The notes: generated from the sequence alone by a model not told the origin. Shown: positions 24,855 through 36,137, counted from the stretch's first letter. The stretch: DNA of 64,000 nucleotides from Streptosporangiaceae bacterium (GCA_052143655.1 JBKQSL010000045.1:3793-67792); one strand, 5' to 3'. Translations and numbers: made by a program.

Positions 24855-25718
24855 ATGAAGATCTCCAGCTCCGCGATGATCGGCCTGCTGCATCCGGGCG
24901 AGATGGGGGCGGCGGTCGGGCGGTGCCTGGCCGACCGCGGGCACCGGGTGCTGTGGGCATCGCAGGGCCGCGGGCCGGATACCGCCCTGCGTGCCGCGGC
25001 GGCCGGGCTGACCGACGTGTCCAGCCCGGCCAAGATCGCGGCGCAGGCGGACGTGATCCTCGCGGTCTGCCCGCCGCACGCCGCGCTGGACATGGCCTGG
25101 GCCGTTCAGGGGTTCGGCGGGATCTATGTCGACGCCAACGCGATCTCCCCGGACACCGCGCGGGAGGTCGCCAGGCTGATCGCCGGCGGCGGCGGCCGCT
25201 ACGTCGACGGGGGCATCATCGGCCCGCCGCCGCGGGCGCTGGGCAGCACCCGGCTCTACTTGTCCGGCGAGCACGCCGAGGCGGTGCGCACCCTGTTCGA
25301 CAGGACGCCGCTGGACGCCAGGATCGCCGGCCCCGGGACGGTCGCCGCGTCCGCTGTGAAGATGGCCTACGCCGCGTGGACCAAGGGCACGGCGGCACTG
25401 CTGCTGGCGGCCAGGGCGCTGGGGCGGGCCGAGCAGGTCGAGCAGACGCTGCTGGCGGAGTGGGCGCTGTCGCAGCCGGGCCTGGCCGCCGAGTGCGGGC
25501 AGGCGGCGCGGTCGGCGGCTGCCAAGGGGTGGCGGTGGACCGCGGAGATGGAGGAGATCGCCGCGGCGATGGCCGGGGCTGGGCTGCCCGACGGGTTCCA
25601 CCAGGCCGCGGCGGAGATCTTCCGCCGCGCACCGCGGGCCGAGCCGGGCCAGCCCGCGGCCGAGCCGCTGACGGCCGTGCTCGCCGCGCTGGCCGGGCCA
25701 GTGCCGACGGCCGGCTAG
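24855..25718 (+). CDS. NAD(P)-binding dehydrogenase (6-phosphogluconate-dehydrogenase-like N-domain)
   Basis: MIGLLHPGEMGAAVG dinucleotide-binding start; 287 aa. Confidence 0.65.
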   Translation: MKISSSAMIGLLHPGEMGAAVGRCLADRGHRVLWASQGRGPDTALRAAAAGLTDVSSPAKIAAQADVILAVCPPHAALDMAWAVQGFGGIYVDANAISPDTAREVARLIAGGGGRYVDGGIIGPPPRALGSTRLYLSGEHAEAVRTLFDRTPLDARIAGPGTVAASAVKMAYAAWTKGTAALLLAARALGRAEQVEQTLLAEWALSQPGLAAECGQAARSAAAKGWRWTAEMEEIAAAMAGAGLPDGFHQAAAEIFRRAPRAEPGQPAAEPLTAVLAALAGPVPTAG

Positions 25719-26530
25719 CTGCCGTCCCGTGCCTGCCGCGAGGCGGCTCTGCGGCGCGACCGGAAGTCGGCCAGCCAGCGGTCGAACTCGGCGGCGACAA
25801 TCCGCTCCCCGGTCAGCCCGTCGGCGTGCTTCGAGGCCAGGAACACCGCGGGCGGCCCCATGATCTCCGCGGGCAGTAGCCGGGCCACGACATCGGCGGG
25901 CATGCCGTCGGGAATCATCCCGGTCGCCGTGGCGCCGCCGGGCAGCAGGATGTTCACGCCGATCCCGAACGGCCGCAGGTCCTCGGTCATGATCAGGCTC
26001 AGCGACTCGGCTCCGGCGCGGGACGGCCCGTAGGGCACGAAGCCGGCCCGGCGCATCGTCTCGTGGCTCATCGAGACGTTGATGAACCGGCCGTGCCGCT
26101 GCTGGGCGAACCTGCGGGCGAACGCCCGGGCGACGAGGAAGTAGCCGGTCAGGTTGGTGGCGATGACGTCGGTGAAGCCTGCTGGGCCGACGTCGAAGAA
26201 CGGCTGCGGCTGGGTCAGGAACCGCGGGTTCACCGTGCGCATGCCGATGCCGGCGTTGTTGACCACCAGGTCGATCTCGCCGAGCCGGGCGTACGCGGCG
26301 GCCGCGGCCTCCTCGACCGACTCCGGGTCGCGCACGTCCACCGGCAGCGGCTCGGCCTCCAGGCCGCTGGCCCGGTGCAGCGCGGTTACCTCGGTCAGCC
26401 GCGGCGTCGGCCGCGCCGCGATGGCCACGGCCGCCCCGGCCCGCATCAGCGCGATCGCGATGGCAGCGCCGATGCCGCTGGTCGCGCCGGTGACTACAGC
26501 CCGGACTCCGGAAAGCTCCTGCTCCTGCAC
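25715..26530 (-). CDS. Short-chain dehydrogenase/reductase (SDR)
   Basis: VVTGATSGIGAAIA and NNAGI motifs. Confidence 0.85.
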   Translation of the reverse strand: MQEQELSGVRAVVTGATSGIGAAIAIALMRAGAAVAIAARPTPRLTEVTALHRASGLEAEPLPVDVRDPESVEEAAAAAYARLGEIDLVVNNAGIGMRTVNPRFLTQPQPFFDVGPAGFTDVIATNLTGYFLVARAFARRFAQQRHGRFINVSMSHETMRRAGFVPYGPSRAGAESLSLIMTEDLRPFGIGVNILLPGGATATGMIPDGMPADVVARLLPAEIMGPPAVFLASKHADGLTGERIVAAEFDRWLADFRSRRRAASRQARDGS

Positions 26531-26606
26531 CAGGCCACTCTAGCCGCGGCGGCCGCAGGCCTGCGGCCGCCCGCACCGACGCAGGGCGGCCGCCCCGGGC
26601 CCTGCG

Positions 26607-28013
26607 TCAGCAGCCGGCCAGGCGCTGCTCCAGGTAGCCCGCCAGCGCGTCGAGGCCGACCCGCTCCTGGCGCATCGTGTCCCGCTCCCGGACCGTGACC
26701 GCCTGGTCGTCCAGGGTCTCGAAGTCCACGGTCACGCAGTACGGGGTGCCGATCTCGTCCTGGCGGCGGTAGCGGCGGCCGATAGCGCTGGCGTCGTCGA
26801 AGTCGGTATTCCACCGCTTGCGCAGCCTGGCGGCGACGTCCCGGGCCTTCGGCGACAGGTCGGCGTGCCGGGACAGCGGCAGCACCGCGACCTTGACCGG
26901 CGCGAGCCGGTGATCGAGCCGCAGCACGGTCCGCTTCTCCAGGTTGCCCTTGGCATCCGGCGCCTGGTCCTCGGTGTAGGAGTCCAGCAGGAACATCAGC
27001 ATCGACCGGTCCACCCCGGCGGCCGGCTCGACCACATACGGCACGAACCGGCTGCCCGACTCGGCGTCCAGGTAGGACATGTCCTGGCCGGAGGCCTTGG
27101 CGTGGGTGGTCAGGTCGTAGTCGGCCCGGTTGGCGATGCCCTCCAGCTCGCCCCACTCACTGCCGGGGAAGCCGTAGCGGTACTCGATGTCCACCGTGCG
27201 CTTGGAGTAGTGCGACAGCTTCTCCTTCGGGTGCTCGTACCGCCGCAGGTTCTCCTTGGTGACGCCGAGATCGAGGTACCACGCCTCGCGGGTCTCGATC
27301 CACCGCTCGTGCCATTCCTCGTCGGTGCCGGGCTCGACGAAGAACTCCATCTCCATCTGCTCGAACTCGCGGGTGCGGAAGATGAAGTTACCGGGCGTGA
27401 TCTCGTTGCGGAACGACTTGCCGACCTGCCCGATGCCGAACGGCACCTTCTTGCGCGAGGCCTGCAGCACGTTGCGGAAGTTGATGAAGATTCCCTGCGC
27501 GGTTTCCGGCCGCAGGTAGGCCAGGCCAGACTCCCCGCCCGCCTCCCCGTCCCGCTGCACTGCGCCCAGGTAGGTGCGCAGCAGCCCGCTGAACATCCGC
27601 GGCTCGGTGAACGCGCCCTTGGTGCCGCAGTTCGGGCAGGCGATCTGGGCCAGCCCGTCCTCCGGCGGGTGCCCGTGCTTTTCCTCGTAAGCCTCGATCA
27701 GGTGGTCGGCGCGGAACCGGCGGTGGCACGACTGGCACTCGGTCAGCGGGTCGACGAACTGGGTGACGTGCCCGCTGGCCTGCCACACCTCGGTGGCGAG
27801 GATCACGCTGGAGTCCAGGCCGACGATGTCGTCGCGCTCATGCACCATAGACTTCCACCACTGGCGCTTGACGTTGTTCTTGATCTCGACACCCAGCGGG
27901 CCGTAATCCCATGCCGCGCGCAGCCCGCCGTAGATGTCGCTGGACGGAAACACGATCCCGCGGCGCTTGCACAGGCTGACGAGGGTATCCATGCGGTCAT
28001 TGCGGCGTGCCAT
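26607..28013 (-). CDS. glyQS: Glycine--tRNA ligase (dimeric class II)
   Basis: [36 protein letters not shown]; [21 protein letters not shown]. Confidence 0.95.
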   Translation of the reverse strand: MARRNDRMDTLVSLCKRRGIVFPSSDIYGGLRAAWDYGPLGVEIKNNVKRQWWKSMVHERDDIVGLDSSVILATEVWQASGHVTQFVDPLTECQSCHRRFRADHLIEAYEEKHGHPPEDGLAQIACPNCGTKGAFTEPRMFSGLLRTYLGAVQRDGEAGGESGLAYLRPETAQGIFINFRNVLQASRKKVPFGIGQVGKSFRNEITPGNFIFRTREFEQMEMEFFVEPGTDEEWHERWIETREAWYLDLGVTKENLRRYEHPKEKLSHYSKRTVDIEYRYGFPGSEWGELEGIANRADYDLTTHAKASGQDMSYLDAESGSRFVPYVVEPAAGVDRSMLMFLLDSYTEDQAPDAKGNLEKRTVLRLDHRLAPVKVAVLPLSRHADLSPKARDVAARLRKRWNTDFDDASAIGRRYRRQDEIGTPYCVTVDFETLDDQAVTVRERDTMRQERVGLDALAGYLEQRLAGC

Positions 28014-28273
28014 CGGCGGTCTCCATCCGGCTGGCGGTCGGCGGCTTGCGGACGTGCGCCCGGCCTGCGGTGCGCGGAACTGCGAGCGCTCCCACTACGC
28101 TGCACGGAGAAAGGCGCATAATAATACTGCGCCGCAACTCACGTGCGAAAGCAGGGTCAATGGGTGCGGTGCTCCCCAAGCCTAGCGGCGATCACGACTG
28201 GCTGAGCGGCTAGTGTTGTGCGTGACCTGGGAGTAAACGGGCCGGTCAGCGGCCGGCCGGAGGGACATCACGG

Positions 28274-28702
28274 ATGAGCCGCACGAACCGCCCGGCCAGG
28301 CCGGCCCGGTCAGCGGGGACGGCCCAGCCAGCCCGCGGTGCCCGGCCGTCCGGACCACGGCCAGCCGGAGCGCGGCAGCGCCGGCCGGTACCACCGGGCA
28401 CGTCGCTGTACACGCCGGATGCGGCGCCGGGCCGGCGGTCGGTCGAGCGGCGCAGCGCGGCCATCCTGGTGTACCTGCACCAGCTGCCTGGGTGGGTGTT
28501 CCCGGTGGTGACGGCGGTGCTGCTGGTGGCGGGCCTGGCCGTGCGCGGCCCGGTCGGCGCCGTCCTGCTGTGCCTGCTCGCCGCCGTGCTCTCGCTGCTC
28601 GCCTACGTGTCGTGGCCGCGGCTGGCCGCCCTGGGCCGGGCCGGCCGGGTCGCGGCGATCGCCGTCATGCTGGCGCTGGCCGCCTGGCAGGCGACCCGCT
28701 GA
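28274..28702 (+). CDS. Membrane protein with Arg/Pro-rich N-terminus (142 aa)
   Basis: Three hydrophobic segments after a basic tail. Confidence 0.5.
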   Translation: MSRTNRPARPARSAGTAQPARGARPSGPRPAGARQRRPVPPGTSLYTPDAAPGRRSVERRSAAILVYLHQLPGWVFPVVTAVLLVAGLAVRGPVGAVLLCLLAAVLSLLAYVSWPRLAALGRAGRVAAIAVMLALAAWQATR

Positions 28703-28706
28703 CGCC

Positions 28707-28931
28707 GTGCAGTTCCGGCTGGAGGTCCGGCTGACGGCCGCCGACGTCGGCCGCCGCGTGGTGATCCGCTGGCGCCGCCCCGGGCCGGACGGCGACGAGA
28801 TCGCTGACGTCATCGGCCTGCTGGAAGCCGCGGACCAGGAGTTCTTCACGGTGCGCAGCGCGCGCCGCGGCCTGATCGTCGTCCCGCGCGAGCGCGCCCT
28901 GGCCGGGAAGGTCATTCCCCCGCCCCGCTGA
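28707..28931 (+). CDS. Small hypothetical protein (74 aa)
   Basis: ORF follows the previous gene by 4 nt; no motif. Confidence 0.4.
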   Translation: MQFRLEVRLTAADVGRRVVIRWRRPGPDGDEIADVIGLLEAADQEFFTVRSARRGLIVVPRERALAGKVIPPPR

Positions 28932-29034
28932 GCCCACGTCAGCCGCGGCCGGCCGCGGCCCTCGCCGTTCATGAGCGTGGAGTTTTCGCCGCGGTCTTCC
29001 GCAGGAAAAACTCCACGATCACCTCGCCGGGGGC

Positions 29035-29400
29035 TTAGACGACCGGGCCGGGCCGACCATCCCGGACAGCCGGGCCAAGGGTCGTGTGCTGCTGGATCGC
29101 AAGCTCGACCGCGTTCGGGTCGTCCGGGGTGAGGAACGGGCGCACCGACCGGCCCAGGTCCAGGATCAGCGCGGTCCGCTTGCCCTGCCGGGCCAGGTCC
29201 AGGCTGGCCCAGTACCGCGGGTTCGAGGTGCCCCAGATCCGGCCGCGGCCGCGCATCGAGCTCAGCTCGACCAGGCGCACCGACCGGATCGAGGAGTACT
29301 TGATGTGCTTGCTGCCCCAGGGAAAGTAGTAGCCGCGGACCACGATCTCGGTCGGCGTGCAGGTTATCCAGCGGTCGGAGTAGTCGTTCTCGTTTTCCAT
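29035..29400 (-). CDS. Hypothetical protein (121 aa)
   Basis: Clean ORF just downstream of uppS on the same strand. Confidence 0.5.
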   Translation of the reverse strand: MENENDYSDRWITCTPTEIVVRGYYFPWGSKHIKYSSIRSVRLVELSSMRGRGRIWGTSNPRYWASLDLARQGKRTALILDLGRSVRPFLTPDDPNAVELAIQQHTTLGPAVRDGRPGPVV

Positions 29401-29406
29401 GGCCAG

Positions 29407-30198
29407 TCACCGGCTTTCGGGCACGGGGTTGGGGATGGCACCGCCGTAGCGGCGGTCGCGGCGCGCGTAGATCTCGCAGGCGTGCCACAGATGGCGGCGG
29501 TCGAAATCGGGGAACAGCGTGTCGAGGAACACGAACTCGGCGTACGCGGACTGCCAGAGCAGGAAGTTCGAGGTGCGCTGCTCCCCTGACGACCGGATGA
29601 ACAGGTCCACGTCCGGGATGCCCGGCTCGTCGAGGTAGCGGGCGAAGACCTTCTCGTCGATCCGGCTGGCCCGCAGCTTGCCCGCCGCCACGTCGGCGGC
29701 GATGGCCGCGGCCGCGTCGACGATCTCCGCCCGGCCGCCGTAGTTGACGCAGAACTGCAGCGTGAGCACCGAGTTGCCGGCGGTCATCCGCTCGGCTTCC
29801 GCCAGTTCGGAGATGACGCTGCGCCACAACCGCTGGCGGCGGCCGGCCCAGCGGACCCGCACCCCCATCGCGTTCAGCTGGTCGCGGCGGCGCCGGATGA
29901 CATCGCGGTTGAACCCCATCAGGAACCGCACCTCGTCGGGCGAGCGGCGCCAGTTCTCAGTGGAGAACGCGTACGCCGACAGGTACGGGATGCCCAGCTC
30001 GATCGCGCCCATGATCACGTCGAACAGCGCGGACTCGCCGGCCTTGTGCCCCTCGGTGCGGGGCAGCCCCCGCTCCTTAGCCCAGCGGCCGTTGCCGTCC
30101 ATGACCAGCGCGACGTGCCGCGGCAGCAGGTTCGCGGGAATGCCGGGCGGCGTGGCACCGCCGGCGTGCGGCTCCGGCGGCCGGACCGGCGGGCTCAC
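29407..30198 (-). CDS. uppS: Isoprenyl transferase / undecaprenyl-diphosphate synthase
   Basis: [20 protein letters not shown]; [28 protein letters not shown] 30198 chosen to avoid overlap with recO (ORF extends to ATG 30267). Confidence 0.9.
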   Translation of the reverse strand: MSPPVRPPEPHAGGATPPGIPANLLPRHVALVMDGNGRWAKERGLPRTEGHKAGESALFDVIMGAIELGIPYLSAYAFSTENWRRSPDEVRFLMGFNRDVIRRRRDQLNAMGVRVRWAGRRQRLWRSVISELAEAERMTAGNSVLTLQFCVNYGGRAEIVDAAAAIAADVAAGKLRASRIDEKVFARYLDEPGIPDVDLFIRSSGEQRTSNFLLWQSAYAEFVFLDTLFPDFDRRHLWHACEIYARRDRRYGGAIPNPVPESR

Positions 30199-30208
30199 CA
30201 GCGGCCCA

Positions 30209-31069
30209 TCAGGCGTGCTCCACGTGCCGCAGCGAGCGGATCGAGTGCTCCAGGTGCCACTGCGCATAGGCGGCGACCAGCCCGCTGCACTCCACCTGGT
30301 GGCGGCGCTCGCTAGCGTCGGCGTACGCCCAGTCGCCGCGCAGCAGCGCGCGCATCAGCGCGATCGTCTGCGGCGGCGGGGTCACCGAGCCGGGGGCCCG
30401 GCAGACCTGGCAGGTCAGGCCGCCGGCCGCGATGCTGAAAGCGCGCAGCACCGGCCGGCTCGGGCGGCCGCCGGCCGCGCCAGGGCGCGCCGGGCCGGCC
30501 AGGCCGTCGAAGCCGGGCAGTTCCGGCGGCTCGTCGCCCGGATCGTCCCCGGGATCGGCCGCCGCGCGGGTGCCGCACACCGCGCACTCCTCCAGCGCCG
30601 GGGCGTAACCCGCGACCGCCAGCGACCGCAGCAGGAACGCGTCGAGCACCAGCCGCGGGTCGTGGGTCACCTCGCCGAGCGTCCGCAGGCCGCCGACCAG
30701 CAGCAGGAACTGGCGCAGGCTCGGCTCCTTCTCCACCGGGGTGAACCGCTCGGCCGTCTCCAGCATCGCGGTGCCCGTGGTGTAGCGGGGATAGTCGCTG
30801 GCCAGCGGGGCCCCGTACGGCCGCAGCGTCTCGGCCTGGGTGATCACGTCCAGCGACCGGCCGGTGTACAGCAGCAGGTCGACGTGGGTAAACGGCTCCA
30901 GCCGGGCACCGAACCGGGACTTGGTGCGCCGTACGCCCTTGGCCACGGCACGGACCCGGCCGGTCCGCCGGGTGAGCAGCGTGACGATGCGGTCGGCCTC
31001 GCCCAGCTTCTGGGTCCGCAGCACGATGCCGTCGTCCCGGTAGATGCTCACGCCGCTATTGTCCCGCAT
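30209..31069 (-). CDS. recO: DNA repair protein RecO
   Basis: (M)[33 protein letters not shown]; zinc-finger CAVC...CQVC. Alternative GTG start 31051. Confidence 0.85.
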   Translation of the reverse strand: MRDNSGVSIYRDDGIVLRTQKLGEADRIVTLLTRRTGRVRAVAKGVRRTKSRFGARLEPFTHVDLLLYTGRSLDVITQAETLRPYGAPLASDYPRYTTGTAMLETAERFTPVEKEPSLRQFLLLVGGLRTLGEVTHDPRLVLDAFLLRSLAVAGYAPALEECAVCGTRAAADPGDDPGDEPPELPGFDGLAGPARPGAAGGRPSRPVLRAFSIAAGGLTCQVCRAPGSVTPPPQTIALMRALLRGDWAYADASERRHQVECSGLVAAYAQWHLEHSIRSLRHVEHA

Positions 31070-31143
31070 CGGCCCGCTGCAGCAGCCGCGCCATGCACAG
31101 GCGCGCTCTGCGGGTGTACTGGCCCGCCCCCGGCCGCCCGCCG

Positions 31144-31803
31144 CTACTCGGCCGCCGGCGCGCTCTCCTCGGTCATCGCGATCACCCCGTACGCCTGGGC
31201 CGGGGTCATGCCGAGCTGCGCGGCGACCCGGTGCGCGGCATCGCGCTCCTCGCCGGCCAGCGCCCCGTCGGCCAGCCCGATCCGCACGATGTCGGCGAGG
31301 AACCACTCGCGGGCGGGCACGGCGAGCTGGATGGCCAGCGGGTTCAGCGTGGTGGCCAGCTCGGCGGCGGCCCGGTCCGCGGCGGCCGGGTCGGCGGCCG
31401 CAAGGCTCGCGACGGCCAGGTCGGCGTCCAGCGCAGGCTCACCGTAATCAGCCAGCCCGGCACCGTGGATCACCTCGATGGCCCGGCGCCGCGCCGCCGG
31501 ACTGCGCGGGTCACCGGCCGCCAGCATCGTCACCGCTGCCGCCCGCGCGCCGGCCGGCAGCGCGGCCTGCATCTGCTCCGACGTCGGCAGCCGCAGCACC
31601 TCGGGCCGGTAGGCGGTCCGGCAGTTCTGGCACTGCACATGCTCGCCGAGCCGGGCGAGCGGGATCAGCGGGATGAAGAACAGGTGGAACCAGCGCCGGC
31701 CGGACCGCAGCCGGTAAGGCCGGTCGCCGCCGCACCGCTGGCAATGGAACACGCCCTGGCCGATGACGCGGTAGTACACCCGCAATCCGAAGATCAGGAA
31801 CAC
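31144..31803 (-). CDS. Zinc-ribbon protein with C-terminal helical (TerB-like?) domain
   Basis: SD ggagg before GTG 31803. VFLIFGLRVYYRVIGQGVFHCQRCGGDRPY...CQNCRTAY. Confidence 0.65.
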   Translation of the reverse strand: MFLIFGLRVYYRVIGQGVFHCQRCGGDRPYRLRSGRRWFHLFFIPLIPLARLGEHVQCQNCRTAYRPEVLRLPTSEQMQAALPAGARAAAVTMLAAGDPRSPAARRRAIEVIHGAGLADYGEPALDADLAVASLAAADPAAADRAAAELATTLNPLAIQLAVPAREWFLADIVRIGLADGALAGEERDAAHRVAAQLGMTPAQAYGVIAMTEESAPAAE

Positions 31804-32154
31804 CGAGTCCCCTCCTGGCCGCTGCCCGGCGGCCATGCCGGTCCGCTGACTCCGCGTCCCGGGGATAGGAGATCCGGGGACACCGCCCGTCCGGTGAGCT
31901 CGGCCAGCCCCGCCGATCATCACACGTCCGGCGGTCAGCCCGGGGCGGAAACCCGCAAATGGGAGCCGCCCGCCGGTGCCCGCGACCTGTGCCGACGCGA
32001 TTGGCAACTCCGGGCCGAAAGTCCCTGGCGGCGCGGGCCGCAGGCCTCTACGCCAGAGTTCAGCGCAGGCGTGTGCTGGATATGGTCCAAGGTTAGCGCG
32101 GGCCTGTCGCAGGACCGGCCGGGCAGGACCTGGCCAGCAGGGAGGCGACAAGTC

Positions 32155-32733
32155 ATGCGGGTACTGGTCGTTTACGCAACCAAGCATGGCTCCACCCGGG
32201 GCATCGCCGAGCGCATCGCCGGTGACCTGGCTACCGCCGGGCACAAGGCGCAGGCGCACCGCGCGGCCGAGGCCGGTGACCTGTACCAGTGGGATGCCTT
32301 CGTCATCGGCAGCGCCACGTACCTGGGCCACTGGCGCAAGGAAGCGACGCACTTCGTGCGCAAGAACCGGGCGATCCTCGCCAGCAGGCCGGTCTGGCTG
32401 TTCAGCAGCGGGCCGCTGGCCGCTACCGCGGTCGGGGAGAACGGGGACCTGGGCGAGGCCGCCGATCGCGTCGCGGCCGAGCTGGCCGCCGAGCCGACGG
32501 AGATCAACGAGCTCAGCCGGGTCATCGGGCCGGTCGAGCACCGTGTCTTCTCCGGCGCGCTGGACCCGGCCACCCTCGACACCGGCGAGCGCCTGATGCG
32601 GCGGCTGCCGGCCGGCGCCGCGCTGCTGCCCGAGGGCGACTTCCGCGACTGGGCCACGATCGACGAGTGGGCAGCCGGCATCGCCGGGCGGCTCACCGGG
32701 GTCGAGGCCGACGAGGCGCGGGCCGCCCAGTAG
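32155..32733 (+). CDS. Flavodoxin-domain protein
   Basis: SD ggagg; MRVLVVYATKHGSTRGIAERIA. Confidence 0.8.
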   Translation: MRVLVVYATKHGSTRGIAERIAGDLATAGHKAQAHRAAEAGDLYQWDAFVIGSATYLGHWRKEATHFVRKNRAILASRPVWLFSSGPLAATAVGENGDLGEAADRVAAELAAEPTEINELSRVIGPVEHRVFSGALDPATLDTGERLMRRLPAGAALLPEGDFRDWATIDEWAAGIAGRLTGVEADEARAAQ

Positions 32734-32764
32734 CGGCACGCACAGTAGGACCGCCGGGCCGGGC

Positions 32765-33712
32765 TCAGTCGTAGAAGCCCAGGCGGCGCAGCTGCTTGGG
32801 GTCGCGCTGCCAGTCTTTGGCGATCTTGATGCGCAGGTCCAGGTAGACCCGAGTGCCGAGCAGCGCCTCGATCTGCCGCCGCGCCGCGGACCCGACCTCC
32901 TTCAGCCGGGCGCCCCGGGCGCCGATTACGATGGCCTTCTGGCTGGGCCGCTCGACGTACATCAGCGCGTGCACGTCGATGAGGTCGTCCCGTCCTTCCC
33001 GCGGCCCCATCTCCTCGACGACCACGGCGATCGAGTGCGGCAGCTCGTCCCGGACCCCTTCCAGGACCGCCTCCCGGATCAGCTCGGCGACCAGCAGCTG
33101 CTCGGGCTCGTCGGTCAGGTCCCCCGCCGGGTACAGCGGGCGGCCCGGCGGCAGGTGCGAGATCAGCACGTCGGCCAGCACCCCGGTGTTGAACCCGGAC
33201 ACCGCGGACACCGGCACGATGTCGGCCCAGTCGCCGAGACCGACGACGGCCGTGAGCTGTGCGGCGACCTGCGCCTTGGAAACCTGGTCGGTCTTGGTGA
33301 CGATCGCGATCACCGGCGTGCTGCCGACGCTGGCCAGCTCGGCGGCCAGGTACTTGTCCCCCGGCCCGATCCGCTCGTTAGCCGGAATGCACAGCCCGAT
33401 CACGTCCACCTCGGTGAGCGTGGAGCGGGCCAGGCTGTCCAGCCGCTCGCCGAGCAGCGTCCGGGGCCGGTGCAGGCCCGGAGTGTCCACGATGATCAGC
33501 TGCGCGTCCGGCCGGTGCACGATGCCCCGGATGGCCCGCCGGGTGGTCTGCGGGCGGCTGCTGGTGATTGCCACCTTGGTTCCGACCAGCGCGTTCATCA
33601 GCGTGGACTTGCCGACGTTCGGCCGCCCGGCGAAACAGGCGAAGCCGGAACGGAACACCGCGTCCGCAGGCGGCGGCAGCGGCGCCGGCGTCGGCACTGG
33701 CGGCGATCCCAT
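32765..33712 (-). CDS. era: GTPase Era
   Basis: GRPNVGKSTLMN, DTPG, TKTD, C-terminal KH region. Confidence 0.95.
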   Translation of the reverse strand: MGSPPVPTPAPLPPPADAVFRSGFACFAGRPNVGKSTLMNALVGTKVAITSSRPQTTRRAIRGIVHRPDAQLIIVDTPGLHRPRTLLGERLDSLARSTLTEVDVIGLCIPANERIGPGDKYLAAELASVGSTPVIAIVTKTDQVSKAQVAAQLTAVVGLGDWADIVPVSAVSGFNTGVLADVLISHLPPGRPLYPAGDLTDEPEQLLVAELIREAVLEGVRDELPHSIAVVVEEMGPREGRDDLIDVHALMYVERPSQKAIVIGARGARLKEVGSAARRQIEALLGTRVYLDLRIKIAKDWQRDPKQLRRLGFYD

Positions 33713-33823
33713 TTCCGCAATTCTTCCCTACTCCGGCTGGACAGCGCACCCCGCATGCCTCTGGCATGATCACCTCAGGCGAGATCGGGATGGACCGGGC
33801 ACCAACGGAAGGACCGCGCAGGC

Positions 33824-35032
33824 ATGACGGCAGGAGGCTTCTCCCGGCTGCGGCTGGCCCGGCTGCGGGACGTACTGGCCCGGCACATCGATAACGGCTC
33901 GGCGCCGGGGCTGGTCGCGCTGGTCAGCCGGCATGGCGAGGTGCACGCCGACGCGCTCGGGACGCTGGCTCACGGCGGCACCGAGCCAGTCTGGCGGGGC
34001 ACGATCTTCCGGGTGTCGTCGATGACCAAGCCGGTCATCGCCGCCGCCACGATGATCTGCGTCGAGGAGTGCGCGCTGCGGCTGGACGAGCCCGTGGACC
34101 GGCTGCTGCCCGAGCTTGCCGACCGCCGGGTGCTGACCCGGCTGGACGCTCCGCTGGAGGACACCGTGCCCGCGCACCGGCCGGTTTCCGTGCGGGACCT
34201 GCTGACGTTCCGGATGGGGTTCGGCATCCCGATGGCGCCGCCGGACGCCTGCCCGGTCACCCGGGCCGCGCTGGAGCTGAACCTGGGCCAGCACATGCCG
34301 GCCCCGGCCGGGCCGCCGGAGCCCGACGAGTGGATCCGCCGCCTCGGGACCCTGCCGCTGATGCACCAGCCGGGTGAGAAGTGGATGTACAACACCGGCG
34401 CCGACGTGCTCGGCGTGCTGATCGCGCGGGCCAGCGGCCAGCCGCTGGAGACGTTCCTGGCCGAACGGGTCTTCGGGCCGCTCGGCATGTCCGACACCGG
34501 TTTCGCGGTGCCCGCCAGCCAGCAAAGCCGGCTCGCCACCAGCTACTGGACCGACCCGGCGACCGGCAAGGTCGCGGTCTACGACGAGCCGTCCGGCCAG
34601 TGGAGCAGCCTGCCCGCGTTCCCGTCTGGCGGCGGCGGCCTGGTCTCGACCGCCGACGACTACCTGGTCTTCGGGCAGCTGCTGCTGGGCATGGGGAAGT
34701 ACGGCGGCGAGCGGATCCTGTCCCGGCCCTCGGTCGAGCTGATGACCGCCGATCACCTAACCCCGGCGCAGAAGGCGGTCTCCGGGCTGGTCCCCGGCTT
34801 CTTCGACAGCCACGGCTGGGGGTTCTGCATGTCCGTGCTGACCCGGCGGGACAACGTCGCCATGGCGCCCGGCACCTTCGGCTGGGACGGCGGGATGGGC
34901 ACCTGCTGGTACTGCGACCCGGCCGAGGACATGATCACGATCCTGATGACGAACCAGGCGTGGACCTCGCCGGAGCCGCCGGCGCTGTGCCGGGACTTCT
35001 GGACCAGCGCCTACCAGGCCATCGACGACTGA
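33824..35032 (+). CDS. Serine hydrolase, beta-lactamase family
   Basis: FRVSSMTKPV (SxxK). Confidence 0.85.
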   Translation: MTAGGFSRLRLARLRDVLARHIDNGSAPGLVALVSRHGEVHADALGTLAHGGTEPVWRGTIFRVSSMTKPVIAAATMICVEECALRLDEPVDRLLPELADRRVLTRLDAPLEDTVPAHRPVSVRDLLTFRMGFGIPMAPPDACPVTRAALELNLGQHMPAPAGPPEPDEWIRRLGTLPLMHQPGEKWMYNTGADVLGVLIARASGQPLETFLAERVFGPLGMSDTGFAVPASQQSRLATSYWTDPATGKVAVYDEPSGQWSSLPAFPSGGGGLVSTADDYLVFGQLLLGMGKYGGERILSRPSVELMTADHLTPAQKAVSGLVPGFFDSHGWGFCMSVLTRRDNVAMAPGTFGWDGGMGTCWYCDPAEDMITILMTNQAWTSPEPPALCRDFWTSAYQAIDD

Positions 35033-35044
35033 CCGGCGGGCTGA

Positions 35045-36137
35045 TCAGCCGTCGCCGTGGCCGGACGGCAACTCGACGGCAGCAGGCGGCAGGTCGGCAG
35101 ACTGCGCCGCGGCTGGCCATCCCGGCCGCCGGATGACCAGGACGGCCAGGGCCAGGCAGACCAGCGCCAGCCCGGTCACGGCCACCCCGGTCAGCCGCTC
35201 GCCGAGCACCAGCAGCGCCAGCAGCGCGGCCACCACCGGCTCGGCCAGCCCGAGGGTGGCCGCGGCAGGCGCGGGTACGGTCCGCAGTCCGCGGCCGTAG
35301 AGCAGGTAAGCGGCGACGGTGGCCAGGACGGCGAGTTCGGCGGTGACCGCCAGGCCCCGGGCGGTGCCCAGCCAGCCCGGCGAGGTGGCCAGCAGCACCG
35401 GGAGCAGCAGCAGGCCGCCGACGCCGAACAGGGCGCCCATCACCGCGCGCTCCGGCCGGCCGCCGGCGATCAGGCCCGCGGCGGTGACCGCGTAGGTCGC
35501 GTAGCACAGCCCGGCCAGCATGGCCAGCCCGAGGCCGGGCAGGCTGACCCCGGCGGCGCGGCCGCCGGTGACCAGCACCGCGCAGCCGGCTATCGCTCCC
35601 GCGGTGGCCGCCAGCCAGCGGCTGCCGAGCACGGCGCCGGTCGCGATCCGGCTGATCAGCCCGGTGAACACGGGCGCGCTGCCGATCGCGACGACCGTCC
35701 CGATCGCTACTCCGGTCAGCCGCACCGCCGAGAAGAACGCCAGCTGATAGCCGGCCACGCTGGCACCGCCGAGCGCCAGCAGGGCCGGGTACAGTCGGCC
35801 GCCGGTCACCAGCCAGCGCCAGTCCCGCGGCCCCGCGGCGGACGTTCGCGCCCCGCCGGACGAGCCCGTCCGGCCGGGCGCTTCCGGACGGCCCGGCGAA
35901 GTTGCCCTGCCGGACGTCTCCGGACGGCCCGGCGGAGTGGTCCCGCTGCGCGTGCGGGACCGGCCCGGGCGGACCAGGCCGATCAGCGCCAGCAGCGCCG
36001 ACGACGACGATGCGCGCCGCGCCCACTGACACCGCAGTCGCCCCGGCAGGCGCGAAGTGCGCCGTGGTCCCGGTGCTACCCCACAGTGCGGCGGAGGCCA
36101 GGACCGCCGCGGCGCCAGCCGCACGAGGAAGCCGCAT
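35045..36137 (-). pseudogene. EamA/DMT-family transporter with an apparent 1-nt frameshift (~35990-36000) and a low-complexity loop insertion
   Basis: N-terminus MRLPRAAGAAAVLASAALWGSTG...GAARIVVVG is in the frame of ORF 34935..36218. The remaining helices are in the frame of 35045..36280. Span is 1093 nt = 3n+1. Confidence 0.65.

Noticed and set aside
28014-28273. T-box or other riboswitch leader upstream of glyQS
   Set aside because: No T-box core (GGTGGTACCGCG-like) or specifier/terminator architecture is visible. Only a small hairpin ggcgca-taataatac-tgcgcc (28111-28131) containing a TATTAT -10-like hexamer is present.
31093-32739. Single 531-aa (minus) or 546-aa (plus) gene spanning 31.1-32.7 kb
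   Set aside because: Only the 3' third of the minus ORF (zinc-ribbon protein, 31144-31803, with its own SD+GTG) and the 3' third of the plus ORF (flavodoxin, 32155-32733, SD+ATG) look like proteins. The rest is low-complexity shadow.
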